NCBI RefSeq assembly: GCF_000142905.1 | Contig: NW_013657673.1 | Span: forward strand, 434,001 to 498,000 | DNA from: Thecamonas trahens ATCC 50062 | Lineage: Eukaryota; Protista; Apusomonadida | Direction: 5' to 3' | Length of the DNA stretch: 64,000 bases | In this document: in pieces, positions 25,951 through 35,735 of the stretch | Layout of the letters: every line of letters starts with the position of its first letter | Position numbering within the stretch: the stretch's first letter is position 1 | Notes under the pieces: generated by a model | The model's input: only the letters and a program-made list of their open reading frames with translations | Databases searched by the model: none | Told to the model about the DNA's origin: nothing | Position numbers and translations under genes: made by a program

Positions 25951-26185
25951 TGTGACTAACCCTTGACGGTACGGTCGTTCGGACACGTTGTCGCCCGTCT
26001 CAAAGTGAACAACTCGATGATGCTTGACTTTAAGGTCACCGGCCGACGCTGCGCGACGCCTGCTTGGTCTGCGGCTTGAGTTGGGAGGCGCGCCCGCACG
26101 TGATGGCGGCCGACACGTAGACACCCGCCTGAAGGATGCCACGCCCGGCCATGACTCGCGTGGCTTTTCGCTACGACATCATCGA

Positions 26186-26256
26186 CGCCCTCGCCGCCAG
26201 CGCCGACGCCGTCAGCTCGCGCCCTCGCCGCCGGCGCCGACACCGTCAGCTCCGCG
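26186..26256. repeat. ~33-bp tandem duplication (2 imperfect copies)
   Basis: cgccctcgccgccRgcgccgacRccgtcagctc occurs twice in intergenic DNA. Confidence 0.6.
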
Positions 26257-26702
26257 CCGTCGTGCAAGCGGAAGCGTCCCTCTGCAGCGGCTGCTTGTCA
26301 TCACCACATTCCCCAACAAGCCGCCGCGCGACGCGACTGCCTCGCCTGCCGAAAGCTTCATGGCAAGCGATCGCGGCCGCGGCGGACCTTTTGCGCCGCG
26401 TGCGGCGTCCATCTCTGCATCGCCGACTGTTTTCTGTCTTCATGGCTGTGGCAGCCATGAACACATTGTACTACTCTTTTACAGCAATTCATGGACGTTG
26501 CGACGTCTGTGGAGCGTCGCAGAGTGCGGCTTGCGCGATGGACACAACTGACCATTCCGTGCCGTAAAGGGCTAAAGCGTCGGGCGTCACTACGAACCAA
26601 GGGCCGACACACCACACAGCCTGGTCCAGCTCACTCCGGTGCTGCTGCAGCTGACAGCACCAGCACCTCCCCACCCCACCCACCACCCACCACAACCACC
26701 TC

Positions 26703-28016
26703 ATGCTCGGCCTCCTTAAACCATGCATGCTGGTCCTTGTGGGAGTCAACCTCGTCCTCATGCTTTGGCTCGCCCACGAGTCCATGACCGTTCTCCCGGC
26801 GCCACCTGGCGTCCGCGGACTGGTCCCTGCCACCGCCACCACCACGTCGCCCTCCAGCGCCACAGCGGGAACGGCTTCCTCCACAGCTTCCACTCCAAGT
26901 GCTTCGACATTGTCCTCGCCGCAAGCCATAGACTCGCACGCCGCTGATGGCTCCGAGCAGTGGTTTAAGGACATAGACGCCAAGGTTGCTGCTCGCGATG
27001 CGACCCTCCGCAAGCTCGGAGCCGATCTCACAGCTATCCGCAAGGCCCTCGCCGGCGAATCCGCCAGCGATGGCAGCAAGAGTAGTGACGGTGACGTCGG
27101 CAAAGGCGGCGGGCCCGAGCCGTGGCTCGTTGTGGGCATTCCCACCGTCCCGCGCATCGACTCGGCCACCGGCAAGCCGCTCGACTATCTAAGCAAGACC
27201 GTGGACGCGCTGGTGACACAGATGAGCTCGCATCCGGCCTCGCTCGAGTACCGACAAGTGGTAGTGGTGGTGATGAATCATGCGCCAAAGGCGGAGCACG
27301 TCATGCTCGACGCCGCCAAGGAGCGGGTGGCGTCGGCTCGCCTGAGCCACGCCTTTGTGTTTGTCGACAACGACGGGTCGGTGCCAAACCCAACGCCTGG
27401 CGCTACCGACGTGGGATCGCCCAACAAGCCCGGATACAAAGTCCGCCAGCAGACTCGCGACGTGGTGGCACTGCTGCGCGAGGCGGCGCCGCGCGGGCGG
27501 TACTTTATGTTTCTGGAGGACGATTTTGAGCTCTGCCCCAACGGCTTTGCCGCCATCGCGTACATGGTCCGCAAGATGGAGGCATACTCGCCTGGCTTTG
27601 TCTCGGTCCGGGCCTCGTTTGGCCTCGCCGGCATCGTCATGCCGTCGCCTGACGCCCTCGTCTTTGCCGACTACCTGGAAAAGCACCAGGCGCGGCGGCC
27701 GCCGGACCACCTCTGCTCCGAGTGGACCGGGAAGGAGACGCCCGAAGCCGTGGCGTACCTCGGCCAGCGGGTCAACGGCGCCTTTCGCTACAACATCCTC
27801 CACCACCTCGGCCGAGTCTCCACCCTCCGCAGCGAGCTCTCGGTTCCGTATCCGGGCTGCTATGAATTTCTCGGTGAGCCGATCCTGTTCAAGGTCGAGG
27901 CTTTTGATCCTCGCGCCTGCCCGCGCGACGACGTTTGGCCGTGTCCGCCGACCGGCCCCACCGCGCCGCTCGTCGACTTTCGCGGGGAGATACCGCCAGC
28001 AACGCCGCCAAGCTGA
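26703..28016 (+). CDS. MGAT4-like N-acetylglucosaminyltransferase (GT54), type II membrane protein
   Basis: N-terminal TM helix, S/T-rich stem and coiled coil, then LVVGIPTVPR...YLSKTVDAL, QTRD and YFMFLEDD motifs typical of GT54. Confidence 0.8.
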   Translation: MLGLLKPCMLVLVGVNLVLMLWLAHESMTVLPAPPGVRGLVPATATTTSPSSATAGTASSTASTPSASTLSSPQAIDSHAADGSEQWFKDIDAKVAARDATLRKLGADLTAIRKALAGESASDGSKSSDGDVGKGGGPEPWLVVGIPTVPRIDSATGKPLDYLSKTVDALVTQMSSHPASLEYRQVVVVVMNHAPKAEHVMLDAAKERVASARLSHAFVFVDNDGSVPNPTPGATDVGSPNKPGYKVRQQTRDVVALLREAAPRGRYFMFLEDDFELCPNGFAAIAYMVRKMEAYSPGFVSVRASFGLAGIVMPSPDALVFADYLEKHQARRPPDHLCSEWTGKETPEAVAYLGQRVNGAFRYNILHHLGRVSTLRSELSVPYPGCYEFLGEPILFKVEAFDPRACPRDDVWPCPPTGPTAPLVDFRGEIPPATPPS

Positions 28017-28132
28017 GTAGTTGCAGCGATCGTGGTGCTGTGCTATTATGCTCAAAGCGTGAAGCGCTAAAAAAAAGCGCTCACGTCGCAAAACTCTTTA
28101 CGGGAAAGAATCGCAGCCGATGCAGGCTACAA

Positions 28133-29147
28133 TTAAAAGCCGTTGGTGCCGTACGGGGCAGCGCCGTACGGGGCAGCGCCGTAAGGCGCGGCGCCGTAGC
28201 CGGAGCCGTAGGCGGGCGCACCGTAGGTGGCCGGGCCGTACGAGCCGTAGCCCTGCTGCGGGAAGCCCTGCTGCGGGAAGCCCTGCTGCGGGTAGCCCTG
28301 CTGCGCCGAAAAGTTGGGGATCGGGTAGCCGGCCTTCTTGGCAGCCTCGAGAGCCTCGGCCTTGGCCTTGCGGAGGTACTCAACCTCGAGGGTGAGGCGG
28401 TCGTGCTCGTCCTGGAGAGCGGTGTCCTTGACGCCGACGTAGACCTCCTGGGCAGGACCCTGGCGGCCGACGGGCACCTCAACCTCGACGGGCTCGGGCA
28501 CGGCGCGGATGACCTGCTGGTGGACAGGGACCGGGACGGGCACGTTCTGGACAACAGTCCGCGGCGGGCCGGGGACCGGGACCGGGACGGCGACGTCCTC
28601 GTAGGTCGGCGGGCCGGGCACCGGGATCTTGCGGACAACCTCGCGCGGCGGGCCCTGGACAGCAATGCGCTTGATGACCTCGCGGTCCTTGCCCTTGACC
28701 TTGACGCGCTTGATGACCTCGCGCGCGGGGAGCTGGACCTTGACGGTGCGGACAACCTCACGGGCCGGGCCGGGCACGGCGATCTTGCGCACAATCTCGC
28801 GCGGCTCGCCCTGGACGCGGACGCGGTTGACCTTGGCCGGGCCCTGGATCTTGACGGTCTTGATGACCTGCTGCGGCGGGCCGCGAACAGTGCGAGTCAG
28901 GACCGGGCCGGGCACAAACACGTTGCGGCGGCGACGACGGGTCGGCACGCGAACAACAACGTTCTCGTACTGGACGTTCATCGGGCCGGGCATCGGCGGG
29001 CCGTACGAGCTCATCTGCTCAGGGTCGAGCGGCGCGGCCTGCGGCTGCTGCTGCTGCTGCTGGCCGTAGCCGTACGGCGCCGGAGCGAACTGGGGGCAAA
29101 CTGCTGCTGGGGTACGCCCTGCCCTCGGTTTCGCGCGCACGCCGCAT
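28133..29147 (-). CDS. articulin/epiplastin-like V/P/charged repeat protein
   Basis: Core of ~13-aa repeats (PPREVVRKIPVPG type) and VPVPV runs, a short coiled coil, and a Q/G/Y/P-rich head and tail (QQGFP x3, YGAAP x3). ATG 29147 needs one extra C at each of 29109-29112 and 29092-29096 (YPQQQFAPQFAPAPYGY); otherwise the start is an internal Met. Confidence 0.75.
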
Positions 29148-29309
29148 AGCGAGTGAGTCGTTGGTCGCTGCCAAAAATTCGCCGACGGCACCCAAAAACG
29201 AGCGTTTGGTCGCTCCCGCCGTTACCGCCTCCTCCCGCATCCGCCATGCCCAAGCCGCAGCACAACGAAGGCAGCCCACTTTAAACTGGCCGTAGTATGT
29301 CTACTGTAG

Positions 29310-29653
29310 GACCACTTTGCCAGGCTGGGGCAAAAGGGGGGAGCGCCACCCGGAGGCGCAGCTCCCGCAGCCACAACCCTAAGCGGCTGGCTTTCTGCCC
29401 GCGTGGGGGGTCGCCGCCATCCCCCAGTTTTTAACCAGCTAGAAAACGAGCCCCCGACCTTCCGCACTGCCTCGAACCCTCCATCGAGGTCACCAAGGAG
29501 CTGCCGCCTTGCAAGCGCGCGCTTGCAGCGGCTGCAGATAGGTGCCATAGTGTGTACGGAGCGAGCCGCTGTGAGGGTGGCGGGCGAGGCCGGTGGCTTC
29601 TGTTGCGCCCTGAAAAACTTTGGGGGGATCAACTGCTGGGCAACGGAACATAC
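29310..29653 (+). ncRNA. candidate structured ncRNA, telomerase-RNA-like
   Basis: Intergenic with many complementary stems; AACCCTAA at 29375-29382 sits between a hairpin and a possible U-rich/A-rich pseudoknot; the 3' hairpin is followed by ACA. Folded by eye only. Confidence 0.35.
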
Positions 29654-30187
29654 ATGGTAGTTTTAGAGAGAGGGGGTGGGGAGGGAGATTTCGATCGGAA
29701 GTAGAGGTGGTTTGGGGAGGTCGAGGGGGCGGTACTACAAGCGCACCAGAGGCTCTGGCAAGCTATCCGCTGTGATTTGAAACGTTGCCCACAAGAGAAG
29801 CGAGCAATCTCAATGAGCACACCGTGCCTTTTTGCTCCCAATGCCAAAGACAGCGCTCATAGCGTTCATCAGGCTCGATACATCGTCACTGTATGGCTGC
29901 GTCTAGCCGGTATCCGTCGTTTGGCCACTGGCCACGGGAGGGGTTGGGGGGGGGGGGGAGGGTGGGGGGTGCCAATACAAAAAATTGCATCAGCGCAACG
30001 ACTTGCGTCATCGTTCGCCAATGTCTCGCCCCGGTGGCGTGATCACGCCACCAGCTGGTCGCATCGAGCACGGCCTCGAGCCTCAGGAGTTGCGTATGAT
30101 CGCCACACTTCCTCGCAACTCTGCTCTCAGCAGCCCGACACACATCCCCGACTTGCGCAACTTGAACTCGTGCAGTTGGTGTATGAA

Positions 30188-33100
30188 ATGGACGTGCAGC
30201 CAGAGGAAGAAGCTTTGTCAAGCCGTGAGCAGAAGAGCAGGCGAGGAACCGGTGCCGCAGATCCTGTCGAGCGAGCTCGTCGCCGGGCGGGCGAGCATAT
30301 ACCGCACGTGCCGCGTCTTTCTGGTGGAAAAGGCCAAAGGCGGCTGGCGAGGAAGAGCATTGCAGACAACGATGGAGAGGCTGTGAAGCAAGTCAGGCAA
30401 AACAGGTCGCAGAGGCTGGGATTGTCAGCTACTTTGTCGGCTTCAGTCGTCTCGGATGAGTACGAGGACGAGGGCGAGACCCGCAAGCCAGCATCGGATC
30501 CACTCCGGGTCATTGTCGAGCCTGCGACGCTCACGGGGGCATGCTCGACCAGTTCACGCCCGACCTTCGCGACGACGAGAAGCTGCTCTGGCATCTGCGT
30601 GGACGCAAGTATCGGCACGAGATCAAGAACACACTACGGCGGGAGAACAAGGTGCCAACGGTGACCTCGGGCATCGCCCGCGGTCTCCGCGGCACACTCC
30701 TGGCGCTGGTCGAGAAGCAGCCGCTGGCGTCTCGAAGCCTGCAGCGGCTCGCGGATTTTCTCCCCATCCTCGTCATCCTGGTCGAGTTTGTACAGCTAGT
30801 GGCGGTGGCGGCGTCGATCGCTCCCGCAGGCCTCCCGGTCACCGCCAAGCGTGCGGTCTCGCTTGTCACGCTCAACGCAGTTGTCATTGATAGCAGTGTC
30901 CTCAGCTTTTGGCTCTTTCTCTCGTATCAGACGCTTGTGGGTGCGGCACTGTTTGGCATATTCGTCATCTTTGGACTCATGTCGGCCGGCCGACCCAGCC
31001 CGCCCCTCTGGGCGGTGGTGCTTGTCCGCACGCTTGTCCGCCTCCTCGCTTCGGTCCTCTACATCCCATGCCTCCTTTCGTTTGTCCATCCGTTCTCAGT
31101 AGCTTCTGCCACTCTTGCCGAGCGGGTGACCGGCGGCGCCGCGCTGGTGGTTCTCCTTGGCCTCTCGGCACTCATGGTGCTCAACACATACTCTGCCGAT
31201 CCCGAGTCGTCGGACCCTACCCGCCGCGAGCACACCCGGCTCGACTGCGTTGTCTTTGTCAGCAAGACGCTCATTATTCTCGACGTCGTGTTTGTGGCTT
31301 CGGCGGTCGGCTCTCAGATTGCTCTACTGGTCCTTGTCGGATTCGGTCTCGTCCTCACCGCCGCCGTCCATGCTCTTCAGCCGTACCACTGGGCAGTCGT
31401 GGACCGACTCCGATCAGCACTCTTTCTCACGTTTACGCTCATAACGCTGGGCCTCTACCTCGCGTCGTGCGTGTGGGAGCTGGAGTCGACCTCGGTGCAT
31501 TTTAGCCTTCTCGTCTTTGGCCCACTGGTGCCCGGCCTTGTTCTCGGCTACTTGGGACTTCTGCCGCGGACAAAGTCGACGTGGGTCTCGTACCAGCTTG
31601 ACCGGCTGCTGAGGCCGCTCGAGCTGGGGCATGTCGCCGCCGATGTTTACACCTATCATCTCGAGCGCTTGCTGGTCTCGCCGCAGCGGCTGGGGCTCTA
31701 CGGCTCGCTCCTCTCGACAGCCATGCGCGACTATGATGCGGCCGACGCTGCCTTTGCGGCTGCACTCGAGCACGGACTCGCTGGCACTCACGTCACCGAT
31801 GCTGCCGTCTGGGCGTTCAAGTCGGGCATCGAAGCGCCCGAACTCGCGCTCTACTTGGAGATTGCACTCCGCGACGCGCTCACCTCGAATGCTATCGTCC
31901 TCACCGTGGGCATTGCCGATGACCTTGTTAGTGAGTTTGAGGCCCACATGATGTTTTTACACCTGCGGCGGCACGTCCGCTCGTGTGGCGGTGTCGTTCT
32001 CGCCCACACCGCGGTTCACACCGCCGAGTTGGAGACGCTACTCGACACCTCGCCGGTCTTTCCGCACACGCTGCAGCGGCTGCTGTGGTCGGCTTTCGGC
32101 GGTGCCCGGCTGGCCGAGTTTGGCACCCGGGCCCAGCTGGTCGAGGCCCGGCTTCGGGCCCACGCCGCCGTTGTGGGGCTCGGGCGCGATGCGCTGGATG
32201 TGCTTGTTGACATTGTCCGTGGCCCCGAGTCTATCGCGAGCAGCAGCGAGCTCGCCGCTGCTGTTCACAATGCGATCAGCTGGCAGTCTCAGATCGAGAG
32301 TGCCATGACCGGTAGGGAGAGTCCGAGCGAGTCGACGACGTCGTCGTCGTCGATGGACAGCACGAACACGGCGGCGTATGTTGGTGGTGACAGGGAAAAT
32401 GACGGGCACGAAATGACGCTGCCTCCAGCACCAGTGAGTGCGGCGCAGCTCTTGCCGCCGCCACCAGGCCGCTCGATGCCGTGCGACGTGGCCGCTGACG
32501 CGCTCGCTCAGCTTGTGAGCGCCACGATCTCGTGCGAGTCGTGCGTTGCCGAGACCGGGAACGGTGGCTTTGTGTTTATGATCGAAGGCTACAACGCCAT
32601 CGACCCGTCGTCGCACTCGACGCTGCGTAAGCTCGTCTCGCGCCATCCAGACCTCCCGCTAGTGATCTGCACCGAGACACTCGCCAATCGCGGCGGCGTT
32701 GCGCTCGACGAAAGCGCTCTGCCATGGATCGAGTGGCAGCGCTCGGGCCTCTCGCCGCTCTCCTCGGCCATGCCGTCGGTGAAAGCCTGCGACGGTGTCG
32801 ACACCATCCGGCTGTTGACGGTGCCGCGCGATGCTGGAAACCGCCGCTTGTCGCGGACACACACTGCCGCCAACGGCATGGCAGCAGCAGCAGCAGCGTT
32901 TGACGCATCTGCCGAGCCGAACTTTGCCTTTGACGTCGCGGTCGGTGACTCGCAAACCGAGCCGCTCTGTGCCATTTGCGTGGCGATTGCCTCTATGTTG
33001 GACATTGGAGGTGAAGGCTGTCCCCTTGAGGCCAATTCGAGCGGCTCGAACGGAGCGGCCAGCCAAACACCAGCAACTTCGGACATCACCGTGCCACTCT

Positions 33101-35715
33101 CGGACACGACGTCGGTGCCAGACGGCACCCCGCATGCCCCGCCCAAGTTGAGCAGCGGCTCGACCACGCCGCCTGCTCGCTCGCGTCGGCATCGGACGCG
33201 GCGGTCAGTGCCGCTGCAGTTGATGGACTCGCCGCGCCCCCAGGACCGGCGAAACACCGGTCGCAGGCGGACGGTGCGCGACAGACGTGGCGGTGGTGAC
33301 GCTGTCCGGTCGCGGCCTCGCAGGGCGCGAAAGGTGGCGCCACAGCCGACGGCGGGGAAGGATGCAGCGAGCGCTGAGGGTGGTGACGAAGACACTCGCC
33401 ATGACACCGAGAGCACGACCATGCACGAGCTTTGTGCCGACTCTCGTCTGCGCCACGCGCCGTCGCCGGCGTGCATCTCGCTGCTCCGGTCGTTGGCTAT
33501 TGGCGGAAGCGAGAGCACGTCCACGCTGAGTGGGAGTGCCTCGTCGAGCATGTTGGCGCGCGAGAGCTCGCTCGCATCGCTCAATGTGGACCAGGAGCAC
33601 TACATGGCGTTTATCGAGCTTGCTGCTGTGATTGGCCGAGAGGCGCGACTGGAGCTTCTTCGGCTCGGCTTTGATGCGTGGTGCAAGGCTGCCAGCAGAA
33701 GAGAGCCGGCCGAGTTTGACGCGCTCCTTACGTCGGCTGAGAACCAGCAGATCATTGATGTGATTGGCTCGGGTCTGCGGCGGAGGTTTGTGTTTCGGCA
33801 AGCAGCTGTGCAGCAAGCAGTGGTGTCGTCAATGTCTGCCGATGCGCGGGCGACGTATGCGTTCCACGCTGCGCGTGCAATGGCAGACGCGAGTGACAAG
33901 GAGCTCTCGCAGCCGCTGGCATATCTGGGCTACGCACGCATGGCGTGGGACGTTGATCTCCTCATCCAAGCGCACTTGAAGCTGCTGGATGTGCCGGCGA
34001 CCCAGTTTGTGGACAACGTGCGCGAACTGCTGATGCTCATCGATAGGGGCGACCGCATGGCCGACCAGGCGCGGCTGGTTGGGGGTGGGGAAGCGAGTGT
34101 TTCGCTCGACGACGTCGAGGCCGGGCGCGCAGGCTCACGCTCGATTCTTACGCCGTATCTAGCGCGCGTGCGGCTCACGCTGATGCACAAGTTTGGGCCG
34201 ATGGTGCCCTCGTACACGGAGAGGGCTGGGCTACAGCCGGATGAGCGCGTGCTCGAGGTGGCGTGTATGGCGCGGCGAAAGGCGGTCGAGGCGTACCTCC
34301 GGGCGCTCCTGGCCGATGAGTCTGAGAGCCTGTTTGTGAAAGGAGGAGATGCTGAGCATGCCGACGATGTGCTCGCGGTCCTCGCACAGTTTCAGGCGAC
34401 GCCGGAAGCAACAGTATCGCAGTATGCGCTCGAAGCCGAGGTAGCCCTCTCGGCCAACGACCTTGTGCGGGCGAAGGGCGCGGTGGCGGACGGTCTGGTG
34501 TACGCACACCACGCCAAGGTCTCGTCGGTTGACAGGGGCGTGCAAGGGCTCACGGCGAGTGCCGGATGGGTCCTGCGGCGTGCGTCCCAGTTCCGACGGG
34601 CACTGCAGTGGCACAAGGTGGCGCTGCGGCATGCGCGGCGCGGCGCAAACCGGTCAGGTGAGGCGGCGGCGCTGTGGGGTCTCGGGCTCGCCGAGCGCGA
34701 TAACGGAAAGCTCAAGGTGGCCGAGTCGCACCTTGCGCAGGCGCGCGACCTGGCCAACTGGCTCTCCAACGTTAGGTGGGCGGCGGAGATCGAGCATGCG
34801 CTGGTGGTGACTCACCTCCGGCGGGGAGGATGGGAGCTCGCGCGCGAGCAGTGCCTCCAGATCTTCAACAAGCGACTGTCGGAGAAGGCTGTAGATCTTG
34901 CACTTGTGACGCTTGCGCAGCTCGCGCTGCTCCAGCACGACGACGAGCTGTTTGCCTCGGCGGTGGCGACGATTCTGGCAGAGACCTCGAACCGCAACAC
35001 GCTGGGCGATGCGTTCCTACTGACAGCCATGCATGCGTTCCGCGACGCGCTGGAAAATCAGCCAGGCTGCCTGCCAGCTGGCGTGCCGCCAACGCAAAAC
35101 GCGCTCCATGCCGCAGCTCGCGGGTATGGAGACCGGCTGACGGCGGCGACGCGGGCGCGAGCCATGCTGTCGGACATGCAAGCGGTCTCGCGCGAGAACG
35201 CGCGGCTGGGGCGGCACCGACAGTCGCCAGCGACGCGGTCGGCGATGCTAGCAGTGACAATGGTGGCGGCAGACGTCATCCTGTCGAGCGACGAGGTTGA
35301 GGCGACGCCGACGCCCGGGGGACACTCGCTCGTCAAGGCGCAGTACTCACTGTCATCGCTCTCGGAGCTCGACGTCGGCTCGGTGAAAGAGCTGATCAAG
35401 CTGCGGAGCGATGCGGGGAGCACAGGCGCGCGGCGTAATGAGCCTGTGCGGCGGTGGACCATCGGCGAGTACATGAAGCTCGTGGCCGACATCCGACGCG
35501 AGCTTGTGGGCTCGCGGAGGTACAAGCTCAAAGAGTACGTCGACGTCTTTGTCGGGCGCGAGTTTGTGGCTTGGATGGTGGAGAGTGGGCGCTCACCGAA
35601 TCGCAAGGACGCGCTGACGCAGGGCCGAAACATGGTTGCGTACGGGCTGGTGGCGCACGTGTACGAGGACCACGACATGGAGGACAAGCGCTTCTTCTAC
35701 CGGATCCGGGTGTGA
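30188..35715 (+). CDS. multi-pass membrane protein with a degenerate STAND-like NTPase region, TPR-like repeats and a C-terminal DEP domain
   Basis: ATG 30188 joins ORF 30541..35715 by one extra G at 30535-30539. About 8-9 TM helices; FVFMIEGYNAIDPSS (Walker B-like), LAAVIGRE and FVFRQAAVQQAV resemble AAA_16/ADCY10-type STAND segments; TPR-like helices; DEP motif RRYKLKEYVDVFVGREFVAWM...DKRFFYR. Confidence 0.8.
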
Positions 35716-35735
35716 CGGGCAAGTGCAATACAGAT

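Noticed and set aside
25956-25963. Another telomere-template-like match (ctaaccct), with a weaker one near 61297
   Set aside because: Short matches are expected by chance; these lie next to gene ends and lack the flanking hairpin and pseudoknot context seen at 29375.
7354-26142. Many long antisense or overlapping ORFs (e.g. 13756..14991, 24508..26142, 8617..9768)
   Set aside because: Shadows of high-GC codon bias opposite well-supported genes, with no domains of their own.
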